Shown piece after piece: positions 1 to 12,583 of a stretch of 64,000 nucleotides of DNA (position 1 is the stretch's first letter; each line of letters starts with the position of its first letter). Location of the stretch: the NCBI GenBank assembly GCA_047495785.1, contig JBLDXI010000006.1, positions 248,001 to 312,000 on the forward strand. Direction: 5' to 3'. Source of the stretch: Lepidodermella squamata (Eukaryota > Animalia > Gastrotricha). A model generated the notes under the pieces. It ran no database searches and was not told where the DNA came from. It worked only from the letters and a program-made list of their open reading frames with translations. The position numbers and the translations under genes are program-made.

Positions 1-328
1 TCTCCAGTCGGACGTGGAGAATAGCCCGAAGGCAATTGTTCTGAATTGCGTCAAAACGGCGAAGCTGAGTTTTGGTGGCAGAGGCGAGCTCAACCAAGGT
101 CGCAATGTAGCGGACGAACGAAAGGTATTGAGCAGCGCAATCTCAAAGACAGTCCCCGACGACGCACGACCGCGAGAAACAATGACAAACCACGCCCGGG
201 CCGTTGTTGGTCGTGGTTGCCAAGTGACGTGTTCATCGATAATGAGCCTGAGGATGCGCAACACAGTCACTTGGGGAAAAGCGGTGTTTCTCTGTTCCAC
301 ACGAAGGATCGGAGGCTGGCAAGAGTAA

Positions 329-1675
329 TGGTGCTTTCACAAATGCGTCCGACGAGCGTCCGACGTTTTCGGCGCCCGAAGTTTCGTAATAGCCACCCGA
401 AGTAGCGTAATAGTTGTCCGACGTTTAGATTTTATTTCACAAACGCACGCACTCCGGCCCGCGCGCCCGAAGTTTAAACATTAGCGCGTCCGACGCGGCG
501 CGCGCACGCACAACAAAGAACGTCGGATCGGAGGCCCCCAAAACTACCGTCCGAAGTGCGTCCGAACCGAAGTTGGTAGCGCGCACTATTATTACGCGCG
601 CACCAATAGACATGAGTGCGCGCGCGCTCGTGCGGCCATTTGACTTCTTGACTGGCTGTAAAACACTCAAGCCGTCTTGAATTACGATGAGTCATGAAAA
701 TGAGTTCGAAATTTACCGATTTTTCAATTTTTTTAGAGCCGCGCACGCCGAAAAACTAAGGCCGGCGAAACCGAGCTCGGCGCGGCAAGAATAAATTGAT
801 GATATGCAAATCATGCGTCTTAATCACATAATTTTTCGATGAAATTTAGATTTTTATGATCCGCATGCATATTTTCCGGCCCGCCGGTGTTTCCTCCGCG
901 CGCGCGCGCGCTCCTATTGGTTGGCTCGTTTTACGCAATACGTTATTGCGCAACGAATAATTGCAGCCCTCCCTCGCGCGCACGCGCAGGAAAATGTACA
1001 AGTCCGAAATTCAGGAGAATAACGGTGCGCTAGGGGTTGGATATAAGTGGTGGGTGGAATAAAAGGCGAAATTTTTGTATTTTCGCTTTTTTTCATTGGT
1101 ATTTCAAGTTGATTTTAAATTTGAGCAGAATTTGAGCAGATAAAATAGCCTAAAATAGCCTAAAATAGCCTAAAATAGCGCGCCTAAAATGGCTATTTCC
1201 AGTTTATTTTTTTTTATTTTTTATTTTTTCATAAAAAAAAGCGTGTTCTTCGAAAAAAATCCATCACATCCTTTCTCTTCAATCAACTTTTTAAATACTT
1301 ATGGCCGCTTAATGTTGCGCAAAAGGCCCCAACCAATAGGAGCGCGCGCGCGGAGGAAACACCGGCGGGCCGGAAAATGTGCGATCCGCATCGCATTTCA
1401 CGTCTCATTATTTAGTTGAATTCGGCATTTACGCTGAAATAGAAATTTTTTTGCCTGACCCCGGTACCTAGCCTGCCACTCGTGTGCACGCGCGCTCAAG
1501 TGCGTGACCTTCAGCAACTTCGGCGACTAAACAATAGAGACTTCGGGCGCCCGACCGCGCGCGCGCGCTTCCGAAGTGCCACTGATAACGCTCTCCGACG
1601 TTTCGCTTCACTCTACCGAAGTTTGCGAGTTGCTAGCCGAAGTTTTCACCGTCGGACGCATTTGTGAAAGCACCA
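329..1675. mobile_element. Non-autonomous PIF/Harbinger-like DNA transposon (MITE)
   Basis: Perfect 26-bp TIRs (tggtgctttcacaaatgcgtccgacg at 329-354 and reverse complement at 1650-1675). Flanked by TAA at 326-328 and 1676-1678. Many internal ccgaagt/gtccgacg subterminal repeats. Confidence 0.8.
867..1382. mobile_element. Non-autonomous Mutator-like MITE nested in the Harbinger-like element
   Basis: About 55-bp near-perfect TIRs (867-924 and 1329-1382). Exact 9-bp TSD gatccgcat at 858-866 and 1383-1391. Internal (aaaatagcct)n minisatellite at ~1142-1190. Confidence 0.8.
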
Positions 1676-2970
1676 TAAGCAATGACTTCACTTTCAAAGC
1701 CATTGAATTGCTGAAGCCGCAGTCAGGCCCGGGCGGGAATTCCATCGACCCCGTTCTGGGCTTTCGTCTTAGCTTCAGCAAAGGTAGCGCCCGTGTTGGC
1801 GATGGTGAGGCCATCGGCATAGGCGTCCAGGGATGAGGTCCCAGGTACACTCGGTGAGCGGAGCAGGTCGCTTGTGTTGATGATGTAGAGGAGCGGAGAA
1901 AGCAGGGACCATTAAGAAACACTGCTGGCTGAATAAACCGGCCGCGTGAGCCTGGAATTTCCGATCGCGCAAGTAATCGATCCGATCGCGGCAGGGGCAA
2001 CTGGCAAAGCTGATAGACCAAGCCAGCGTGCCAAAGCGAATCGTGAGCGGCCTTCACATCGAGGCCACTAACTATCATCTTCCGCGTGGCCGTTCGAGCC
2101 TGGCGATACGAACTGGAACGTCGTCCGCCGAGCGATGCTCACAAAAAGCTTACAGATCGTCCGGGAGGAGATGTTGAGCCTCCAACATCTGCGTCATCTA
2201 TCGTAGGATTATCGCCTCGAGAATCTTGGTATCCGACGGAAACAGCGGTATGGGACGCTGCGACGACACGGCATCACTCAGCTTGCCCGAATTGGGCATG
2301 GCCACGCCAACCGTGCCGGACTGCTTCCTTCCAATCCGGCAGGGTGTATTGGCTGCCGAGGGGACCGCCCCACTTACCGTCGACACCGTCGATACCAGGG
2401 GCTTCGAAAGGCTGGAGGTTATAATTCCTCGCGCTAGCTGGCTTACACTGAAATCCTGCGGACTAGGTAGTCACCAGGTTGTAGGCCAGGGTTGGATGCT
2501 ACAAGATGCTCAAGCTCGAACCAACGCTGTTGGACAAGAGCGTCGGCAGCAGGGTCACAGTAAGGATACATAGGAGTCACAAAGTGAGTGAGCAACTTGT
2601 CGGCGAGAGCGCTCGAGGGGTGTAGAATAGAGCATCATTTACCAGGGCATCATTTACCTGGGCACAGACCAATATCGGTCGGAGGGTACGGCAAAACGGA
2701 CAGGCCCTAGATCTGTTTTGCCCTACATTCAACTCACCCGGAAAAACACGGGTTCACCTTCTTTTAAAGACAGGGGAAGGTAAAGGTCATCAGCACGAAT
2801 AAACGGCATGACCGTTCAGTTGGCATTTGATTTGATTTGTAGGCCGAATCATCAATCATGTTGAATCAGTATCATCATAGAGTATTATTAAAGCACTTTC
2901 TAAGCTCGTCACATCTGCTAGACAGTATTTGCTTGAGAGAAATCGACTTAAGATAGTGCGCGGTGCTTAA

Positions 2971-3389
2971 CACTTTAAATGCGAAAAATATACTGTGAGA
3001 TCCGATATTTAGATCCAAATCTTGGAGCTTTAATTAAAGTTGAAAGACGCGTCGTACGGCAAAAGGTTTGACGGGGAAATGTATGCCATGTTTCAGGGAT
3101 TCTGGCGACACCAAATTCATGGCTTAAAACATCATGGCGGATTGCGTAGAAATCAATTTGAAAAAACTGTGAATTTTCAATTGTGGCACCACAATCAGGG
3201 TCTATTAATTGGGTCTTGGGTCCAATTCTTGGCTCGTACCCAAAGTTTTCATAGTTTTTCGAATTGATTCCTGCGCAATCCTTGACGTTTTGAGCCATGA
3301 ACTTTCAACTTTAATTAAAGAAACTTTGACAGCTCCAAGTTTTGGATCGCAATATCGGATCTAACAGTACATTTTTGGCAGTTAAAGTG
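2971..3389. mobile_element. MITE with imperfect long TIRs, possibly piggyBac-like
   Basis: About 60-bp imperfect inverted repeats (cactttaaatgc...gatccgatatt...ggagct versus agctcc...atatcggatct...gttaaagtg). Flanked by ttaa on the left and ttga on the right. Confidence 0.5.
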
Positions 3390-3712
3390 TTGAAATGCTT
3401 TCGATAGGCAATAAGGTAATCCGCCTTAATCTCTATGTGTCAACAAAGAATCGCGACACGTATATACACAAAGCTAGCTGAGCGCGATGGATTGATTTTG
3501 AGCAGCCGGCTGAGGCAGAAGGCCGCGCTACGCGGAAATCGAGAGAAATTTGCGGTCTGGAAGACACTCTCCTGATGATAGGTATTCAACATTTTCCAAT
3601 TATCATCATTACCATAAACAGAATCCGTTCGAAGCCAAGTTTTACTTTTTTATCGCGATCCCTAAACCAAAAATATGATACTTGAGGTCATGATTATGTG
3701 CGACTCAGTTGA

Positions 3713-4909
3713 TTAATTAGGCTTGACGATAGCCCAGGAGACGTCGGTCTCAATACCACAGACGTTCTTGCCCTTGGGGATGCGGAAGTAGCCAGCCTCA
3801 CCTTAAATAATCAATTATCACATTATCACATGATGGGAAAAGGGAGAAAACGTACCCCATGAACAGCCCCAGCTGTTGCGGACGATCCAGTAGTCACCAT
3901 CCTTAGCATTGCTGCCGTAGCCAACGATGACGACGGCGTGGGTAGTGTCAGTGGCCATAAGCCCAGTAGCGCAGGTATCACCCTTGTACATGCCGCTCTT
4001 GAACGCGAAAAAGTCCTTCATAACTTTAATGCCGACGTTGATAGGACCGCCACGGAGAGCATCTTCCATCGCCTTGATGCTGATATCAGGCTGGGAAGGG
4101 AGCCACTTCTGCAGTTGACCGACAGCGAGAACAGTGAAGCCCTTGGCATCAGAAGACTTGACATTGCAGCTCTGGAGAATAGCGGCGTAGGGGTAGGAAG
4201 CAGGGCCGTTGTAGCCGGTCCTCTTGGTCTGGAAATAGTCATAGACACCAACGGCGCTGCCTCCGTTGCAGCCGTTGTTGTAGTCGCCCAGCGAGCAGTC
4301 GACAATCTGCTGCTCAGACATGGGCACGGCCCTGGTCTGGCCGGTAGACAGAGCGAGGCGGGTTTCCAGTTCGGCGATGCCGGCGAAGGCGTAGCAGGAA
4401 CCGCACTGCTGCTGGTTCTTGATTGGCACCATAACGCAACGCCAGTCAACAATGGCTCCATCGTACTTCTGATAAGGAAGGATGGTGCTGTCCGTGTTGG
4501 TAGAAACCTGGCGGGCGTAGGCGCGAGCAGCGGGATGGACGAACTGCTCCACCGACGGGATATTAGTGGCGTTGGGCGCCTTGACTGGCTGCTTGTTCGC
4601 GAAATACTTGAACATTTCGTCGAAACTGTCGTGGCAGTTCTCGTTCAGGCCGTATTCAGCATCATTGTCCTTCTTATCGAAAAGGTGAGCCTCAATCGCG
4701 TTCTTGATGACATCCGCCTGGGCAGCCTTGTGCTCAGCAAGGGTGTCGATGCCTGCCGGCAAAGGGAACTCCTCGGCGAATTTGTCGTAGATAGGATGGC
4801 AGCCTTCGAAGGGCTTGTCGGCGGTCACAGCGGATTGCGAGGCTGCATCCTCAGCGAAAACAGCGCTCAGAGAAGCAGCGGCGAATGCTAACAGGATGAA
4901 ACGAGCCAT
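3713..4909 (-). CDS. Papain-family (C1A) cathepsin L-like cysteine protease, copy A (exons 4909-3856, 3801-3713)
   Basis: Signal peptide, degenerate I29 prodomain, QQCGSCYAF (catalytic Cys), THAVVIVGYG (His), WIVRNSWG (Asn). A phase-1 GT-AG intron restores the C-terminus GEAGYFRIPKGKNVCGIE. Confidence 0.93.
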
Positions 4910-5810
4910 AATTTCACTTTAGTCGCGGCAAAATGAGATTTTTCGCCGATCTACGGCGCCTTTTTATATTTGCAATTTCGTTTTCTTCGTTCGTTTGTTT
5001 GCTCACATTTCTTACGGTTTGTTTTAATCCCTGGGAGCTATCTGAAACATGGTTTCAGCTGCTACTTGTAACGTTTCGGCGTATATTTGATCAGATGGCA
5101 GGTTAGGAAGTTCGGAGTGCTAGTCAGAGCCTGTACGACAAATTCATCTGTTTTTTTCTCATACCCTCGCAGAAATGAGGAATTTCTCTATAGCTAGTCT
5201 ACTAGCCAAAAATGTTATTCCTACATGTGCACTGCCATTCTATAGGCTTGCTAAAACAGTGTAATAGGCACATAGTGATAATCATGTTGAGAAAATAAAA
5301 TGTCCAATGTCCTTAAAACTTAAAATACTACAACATCGGGTCAATTTCAATTTCGGGAATTTTTCTCTCGTTTGCAACTTCATTTTTTCACCCATCATCA
5401 GTAGTCAAGACTCACGGAACTGAGCGCCGATATCAAGCTCCAAGATGATCATTGCCTTGGTTCGGTCTAGTCTGGAAACGAAGACTCGAATACTCGAATA
5501 CTATCAGTCATTGCCGCTTGTCGGCTCTCGCCTCTAACTCTAGGGCTATTCGCTGGATTTCGCGCTTCAAATATTACGGGACATCCCCCCTTTCGGTGAA
5601 AAACCTACTTCCTTTACTGTTTCCTTTACTGTCGCCTCTAACACTATGACTGTTTGATGAATTTCTCTTCTACGCTAAAAACCGCGAATCCGGAGGCAAA
5701 ACTTAATCTCTTATCTCCATCATCGCGACGGCTGCTGGCAAGAGTTATAAAAATAGCTAATATGTTCAACTCATATTTGTTTCCGTAGCCGAACGAGATC
5801 TGGAACGTGA

Positions 5811-6032
5811 TCAAAGAAAATAATAGGCAGGGCAACATAGAATCGTAACCCTTGAGTATTACCCATCAACAGAATTTCATCGCTACTTTTATACATTGCG
5901 TATCCTATTTTGATAAGCGAAATCACGATGCTACGGACGAAATTGGTTTACTGGTGATTCCATCAGAGAGCCTGAAATTTGAAAACTTTCAGGGTTACGA
6001 TTCTATGTTGCCCTGCCTATTATTTTCTTTGA
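5811..6032. repeat. Perfect 42-bp inverted repeat with ~138-bp spacer (MITE-like)
   Basis: tcaaagaaaataataggcagggcaacatagaatcgtaaccct at 5811-5852 and its exact reverse complement at 5991-6032. Confidence 0.75.
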
Positions 6033-6760
6033 AAATAGGTAGTTAACGCCCGCTAATGGTACAAACAGAAAATTGGTCCAAACAATATCAGCGTAATAAA
6101 AATTTGACGCGAGCCGTATTTTTTGTTACTGATTAGCGCCAAAAGCAATAAAATCTCCGTCTTCATCGTGTAGAGAAACACTGGCTTTTCGCCTCCGAAG
6201 ACGATCCCAACCTCCGCTCTTCCTCCAGGACCTTATTCATTCTCTTTCACTGCTACTCGATGTTAAGACCTTTTTTGGTAGGAGATCGAAGACCGTCTCA
6301 CGATCTGTGATGAACTGAGCCTCTTGGACTCCCAGAACTGCCGAGTTCTCCGTTCTCCGGCGCGTAGCAGCCGATACTGTGTCTCGCCTGTACTTCGTTG
6401 TACTTTCTTGTAGTCTACACCAGGGATATCATCTGTTTACTCAGGGCCCTCGGTACGTCCAAGTGCCAGGACGCGTTTCTGGCTGATTATGTCTCCTCGT
6501 TTAGTACGGGAGCTACCTCCCCCGTGACAGAGTAAAGGGCTCAAAGCGGAATCGATTTGATCACTGGCTAGGTTTGCCTTTGACGGCAACAGTTCCGCTT
6601 CGCCAAAGTCAGTGGGTCCCTGATTTCGTAAATTTGCCTCAGGTTAGCCCATCACCTCGCCGCCACAAAATGTTGCAAACCAAAACAACCAGCCTCCTCC
6701 TGGAAGTCCCTGGAAGTCTTACGGCTACCTCGTCAGAGCTCGATCTCGAGCAACGCTTTC

Positions 6761-6925
6761 AAAGATTGCCTTTCTTTTTGGGGCGCGTTTAACGACGACA
6801 CCGCGTGTAAAAAAGATTGCCTTTCTTTTTGCTTTTTTAAAAAAGATTTGTTTAAAAGATTTGTTTAAAAGATTTGTTTAAAAAAGATTGCCTTTCTTTT
6901 TGGGGCGCGTTTAATGACGACACCG
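6761..6925. repeat. Local direct duplication with 13-bp minisatellite
   Basis: aaagattgcctttctttttggggcgcgtttaa.gacgacaccgc occurs twice, separated by (aaaagatttgttt)x3. Confidence 0.6.
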
Positions 6926-7079
6926 CCGTTAGCTAGGTAATGCCGTTGCTTGATGATTTGGGGAGGTTGCTGGCAATTTCGATCACGGTATATCGCAACA
7001 TTAGAGCAGTTGGAGCCCGTCCCAGCAGGTTACAGATATGACTATGTACTAGCATTGTTCTCTTGAGTCTTAAAGGTTC

Positions 7080-7457
7080 CCCCCGGCGCTACTGCATCAG
7101 CAAAGGTCTTTCGATGAATGGGCGCTGATGGCCTCATCACGAGGCGTGGCGCAGTATCGGGAATATCCACCTGGCAACAAATGGATACAGCAGAAAATGG
7201 GGCTATCGCCGAATGGTGGACCGGAATCAAAGCGACGACGAACTGTCCGAGCGCTACCTGGCCGAAGCACTGATGGCGGCACAGAGAGCCCGAAACCCTT
7301 GGACACGTCCCAGGTGCTTGCGGCCATGGTAACGACCTGATCATCACCCGGCACGACAACGTCAAGCGGCTTATCGCCAACGAGCTGGCTCGTCGCGGAT
7401 GGAAGGTTCAGGTCGAACGACGAGGGGTGGCGACAAACGGCGCGGAGCGGCACCCGA
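7080..7457 (+). mobile_element. R2-group (RLE-type) non-LTR retrotransposon remnant
   Basis: Plus-strand peptide ETLGHVPGACGHGNDLIITRHDNVKRLIANELARRGWKVQVE...ERHP resembles the CCHC knuckle/RHD motif leading into a restriction-like endonuclease. It is preceded by GNKWIQQKMGLS and is frameshifted. Confidence 0.65.
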
Positions 7458-8082
7458 AATTGCTTTCAAGTATAGTATTTTTAGGCTGTAATCATAGTTA
7501 CGTCATCTCCATTGCTGAACGAACGGTACAGTCCACTCGAGCTATACAGCGAGTACAGTTCGTTTAGCTGTACAAGCAATTACAGCTATTATTGACTGTA
7601 GCGTGAGATACAGTCCACAGCGTGAGTACTAGTTGCACAGTCCGACAAACCGCAGCCTCAGTACAGCTCAAATGATGAGCGTGTAAAATAGAGCTACAGC
7701 AAAAAAGACGTCCATGTTACTTCTTTGGTCTCGGAACGAAACCGAGCACCAAAAAGGCGGCTATCTGCCTTGGGCAGAAGGTGTAACTGGGTGAACTAAA
7801 ATAGCCAAAAAAGCAAAAATGAATGCAAAAAGTAGCAAAACATTTTTATAAGAGTACAGTGCTCCCTCGCTAAGTGCACCCTGGCTATGTACAATTCCCT
7901 CGTTATCTGCCACACTTTTTGTGAAGATCTAAACTCACTACTAGCAGCGGATGGCAGTCAGGATCAGGTTCAATATAATAAGTAACATATCTAAGGGGTG
8001 GAAAATCACAACTGTTAGTAAAACATCACCTACACGGTCATTATACGAATAAGATAGCACCCATATAACACTACTACGATCT

Positions 8083-8640
8083 AAGGCCGTTCCCGGGGCT
8101 TCAATCTGATGCAATTGCATTCCGGCCGCGATACTCCGTTGGGCGCCTGGGGAAGCCCGAAATCAGCCAAAATGACCCAAAACCGCTATTCCATTCGCAA
8201 CTTCAGGCGCCCAGGGCGCCCTGACGGAGAATCCAATTGGGACAGGGTTTGGTTCGCCTGGAAGGCCGTTCCCGGGGCTTCAATCTGATGCAATTGCATT
8301 CCGGCCGCGATACTCCGTTGGGCGCCTGGGGAAGCCCGAAATCAGCCAAAATGACCCAAAACCGCTATTCCATTCGCAACTTCAGGCGCCCAGGGCGCTC
8401 TGACGGAGAATACAATTGAGACAGGGTTTGGTTCGCCTGGAAGGCCGTTCCCGGGGCTTCAATCTGACGCAATTGCATTCCGGCCGCGATACTCCGTTGG
8501 GCGCCTGGGGAAGCCCGAAATCAGCCAAAATGACCCAAAACCGCTATTCCATTCGCAACTTCAGGCGCCCAGGGCGCTCTGACGGAGAATACAATTGAGA
8601 CAGGGTTTGGTTCGCCTGGAAGGCCGTTCCCGGGGCTTCA
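8083..8640. repeat. 179-bp tandem repeat, ~3.1 near-identical units
   Basis: Units starting aaggccgttcccggggcttca begin at 8083, 8262, 8441 and 8620. Confidence 0.95.
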
Positions 8641-9469
8641 TTCGCAAATTGTGTGCTTAATGCTGAGTTTCGCTGAGCTGAAGTCAGCTAGATGACTGAA
8701 ATGTCTCAAATTCTGTCCCTCACGATCTATTCAGCGGAAATCCTCGCTTATCTGGGACTCTTGCCGAGTTAGTTTTCAAGCTCTTTTGACGCAGAACAGT
8801 GTGTTTAGCGCTGAATTAACTGCTTGAAATTTATGCTACGTTATTAGTGTTACTCCGTGGAACATTAATTTCTAGCGCCACGATTGTGCGAAATTTAGAC
8901 GGGACAATTTGTTTAATTATTCTCAGGGTAGTTTTCTATCACCGTCATTTTTGATAATTTGAAAAATCACGCCTTTCATCGAAATTTCGAATTTCGAAAA
9001 TGCTACGGTGCGGAAAAGTGCTGCCTCAAACACGCCGTACCGGCACCGTAGTCCACCGATAAAAACTACGATCTGCTTTACGGCGCGAGTGCTATTTTTT
9101 TCGACGACCTGTGCTCGGCAGTCCCGCGTGGACTCAGCCCTGTCTGCCAGAACACCGAAATATATGTCAAGGTCACCGATAATCGAATTATTGATACTTT
9201 GGTAGAACCATAAGTACGTACACAAATATCTATACCTTTACACTTTTACAGCCCCCTCAAAATTGGTAATTAAATAATTTTTATTAGTGGAAGAAAAAAT
9301 TATTTACAAAATTAAATTTATTTAAGTTCAAGAAAATAGCTTCATTAGCAACGCTGGCTGAGCCACAGCTTTTTTAGCAATGAAAAGGCGGTGCCGGTTA
9401 AGCTTCGACGCGGGGAATTTCAACAGCTAATTTGTTGCTTTTCGAATAATTTTCGCTCTCTAATAAGGA

Positions 9470-10000
9470 TTTATTTATTTATTTCAAAGCTATGACGCCC
9501 AAGAGAGAGCAGCTTGACAATAGTGAATTGAAAATGAAACAGATAATTGCAGGACAGGTTACAGAGGTATAGGACATTGGCAAATGATGACATAAAAAAT
9601 GTTATTAAGTGCATATAGCAAGAGTGAGCGATTGAACAATGATGAGAATTAAGTTAAATAACAAAATCATAATAACATCACAACAAAACAGCATCGCAGC
9701 ATTATAAAAATATATAGTGTATCGAATTTATCATAGGCCTAAACCAGTGGAATTTCTTTCGTAAAAATAAGCATAAACATTTGAGCGGCACGCTTCGGCT
9801 GACTCAGCATTTTGAGCTTCTGCAGGCAATTGATTCCAGAGATCGGGACCGCGATAGCTAAGGCTCAACGTACCACGAACTGACAAATACGTCGGCTTGA
9901 ACATTGACTCAGTGTTACGTGTTGAGTAGCTGCCAACCGGGATTGATAAAGGCCGGCTAAACTTAGTTGGAATTAGCTGAAGGCGATATACGTTTCACAT
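9470..10000 (-). mobile_element. 3' end of a CR1/L2-like LINE
   Basis: Minus-strand peptide YSTRN...SLSYRGPDLWNQLPAEAQNAES, a typical CR1/L2 ORF2 C-terminus. Followed by a 3' UTR and an (AATA)n tail at ~9470-9484. Confidence 0.6.
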
Positions 10001-12583
10001 GCCTTGATTGTTAACCCGGCAATTTTAGGCGACGTGATCTCTCGATCTTTACAGATGGACGTTTTTTATCTCAGATCATTGAGTGAGCGATGAGCGATTG
10101 ATAGTGTGCACGCGTCTGACTTATTCGCGATTTTTTTCATTCACAACTACTCATTCTCGGTGGATAGTGGATGATTTAATGACTTGGCAAATTAGAGTGC
10201 TTTACAATGCTGTTCAGCGTGAAGATAAATTGATTGGTTATTCAGCCCCATAACCTTGAGTTCGTTTTAACAAAAATTTTAACAGAAAAGCTCGTTGATA
10301 GCAGTGAAATTTGAACTTAACCTAGCTGGCTCATCCCGGTAAAATGTGGCTAAAATCAGTAATAGGTTTATTGTTTATTGAGAAATAATTCATTATCACA
10401 AATGCTTAGATTTTTCTCCTGTTGAAAAAATTGGCTTGGCACAGAATTTTAATATTGCAATAATTCCAGAAATTATCTCGAATCTATTCGAGCGCTCATT
10501 CTGCTTTAACTTTTGACATGATAACAACTAGCAGCCAGATTTAAAAAATTGTTTCGGTATTGATAATCATGAGCAAAGCAACCTAATTACCATAATTGCT
10601 ACGAAAGGCCGAATGCCATTGATCCGAAACATGACCCAAATGACCCTAGTTGACTAACGATCATTTTCAATTCATCAGATACTTTTAAGAAAAAAACTCC
10701 GGATCCTTAAAAAGTTATATCGGGCTTGGTTTTAGATATGGCTAACCACTAAAAACAACGTCTCCTTAGTAACTGAGAAGAAAAACATAGCTACGCACTT
10801 ATGATTCATCACTAGCTCTTTAACAGCCCTCTTTAGCTGCATCCCTAGATAAGTGCACGACCCACAGCCCCGACCCCGTGCACTAATCGAGGGAGCACTG
10901 TATCATTGCGCGAACGCCCTGTGAAAAGAAAGTTAGGAATGAAAAGACTTTTTATAATTGAATTTTAAAAAGGGTTAACGATCGTTAACGATTGGATAGG
11001 CATTTAAAACAGATCAGCTTTCAGAAATTCGATGCGAATATAAGTATTATGTATTATGACACATATTGATCGATAACTCGTTATTTAAGTGTCACTTCTA
11101 CTCATAAATATCATACACATTTATCCACGTGTAAACTTTAAGCTGTTTCCGAATTTGCGGAAAGGTGTACGATGGGTTCCACCGGCGCTACTGTAGCAGC
11201 TCCGCTGCTGCCGTTGCCAATTTGCATCCTGGAAATCTTTGTCTGTGCAATCATTTCCCTCGACAGTGTATGCAAGAGTACAGTCACTGAAGTGTTCTAG
11301 GCGATACAGCCGATTTGAGGTGTACATTGTACTACAGTCACTGAACTGGGCTGAGCTTTACAGCCGATGTGAGCTGTACTGTGCAGTATATACGGCGCAC
11401 AGTACTTGACTGTACAGTTTCAACCGGCTGTACAAATATTTACAGCTCCGAGAACTGTACTTTGCAATACAGTAAAATAAAATAAAATAATAAGTAAAAT
11501 AAAAAAATCATCAAAACGCGGGTTCTTCCGCGACTTGAACCTGTCGTTTTTAGTTTTTACCCGCCTGAAGTTACCTGTAAATACTGGCTTGCTGGGACCT
11601 CATTCTGGGACATAACTGGCTCAACATTTTTACAGATGTTTACAGTCTGTTTAAGATCATCTGCACACATTTTTTCACAACTTTCAGTCTATGAGCTATC
11701 AAAAATAATTTAATGGCATCAATTTTCGACCCATTTCACCCCAAACGACGGTACCTTACCAACCGTTATTGCAATTACAGGGGATATCAAACGCCGATTT
11801 CCGCTGTTCGAAACCGATGGCAGCCAATATTTCAGTATGTCAACGACTTCGCCTGCCAACTGCCAGCTTCACCGATGCAGGTTTTTTTAAGAAATCTGGT
11901 AATGGTAATTGCAGGTGCAATCGTCGAGCTATGTTACCACCACGTACCACCGCACGGCTGCGGGGTGACGTTGCCCAAAAAGTAAACAGACGTAGCCAGG
12001 CGGAAGATAGCGAGAAGGGTTTCTCGCAGTATGAAGCCAAGCAGCATTCGAGATTTGCTTTAAGAAGAAGGTAAATTTAGTCTTTTCGAATCTTAAGGTA
12101 GCGCATTTAACGCTTTCGATTGAAGGTATGGCCGCGCTGTCATCTATCGAATGCATGTTATCAAGCGGGAGGGAAGATCGGAAACCGCGAACGGTCAGGT
12201 TCCAGATCTCTTTCGGCTACGGAAAGAAGGTTTTTAACTATGCTATAGATCAATGAATATGTCATCTTTTTCAGAGGAACACCTCTCCACGACCGGCAAT
12301 TGGGGCGGTCACGAATCGCTGGCCGCCGTCGCCTTTGCTATAAAAGTTAACATAAGGGTACGCAGCCCACAGGCGCCGATCACGATTATATTGGATTGCA
12401 ATTTGCCGTTACTTTAGAGAGACCCACTGAGGGTAAACAAATGACAATCTATATACGTCAAACGAATCATGACCATCATTCTCATAAACAGAATCCATTC
12501 GAAGCCAAGTTTTAATTGTTCAAAAGCTGTCCCCAAACCATAAATATTGATACTTAGGTCATGATTATGTGCGACTCAGTTGA

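Larger units (their letters stand above)
1..2560 (-). mobile_element. Degenerate non-LTR retrotransposon (LINE, Jockey/I-like) ORF2 reverse-transcriptase remnant, interrupted by a MITE
   Basis: Minus-strand translation gives frameshifted RT motifs in order: EAPGIDGV, QRPIPLFPSDTKILEAIILR, LDVKAAHDSLWHAGLVYQL. Beyond the insertion come LRILRLIIDEHVTW and QLRRFDAIQNNCLRAIL. Outer boundary approximate. Confidence 0.8.
7857..10900. mobile_element. Putative Tc1/mariner-pogo-type element bounded by TIRs
   Basis: TA|cagtgctccctcgctaagtgcac at 7855-7879 and gtgcactaatcgagggagcactg|TA at 10878-10902 (23 bp, 2 mismatches). No transposase visible. These could be ends of two separate copies. Confidence 0.5.

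Noticed and set aside
3938-4891. Long antisense ORF opposite cathepsin A (likewise 12807-13799 opposite copy B)
   Set aside because: Explained by strong codon bias on the coding strand. No domain features.
8083-8640. Regular repeats as a CRISPR array, and the duplicated 60-aa ORFs at 8237 and 8416 as genes
   Set aside because: Whole 179-bp units repeat with no unique spacers, there are no cas genes, and the context is eukaryotic. The ORFs are by-products of the repeat.
11180-11470. tacag/ctgta-rich degenerate repeats (also ~7520-7700)
   Set aside because: Probably decayed transposon subterminal repeats. No boundaries, TSD or coding signal could be established.
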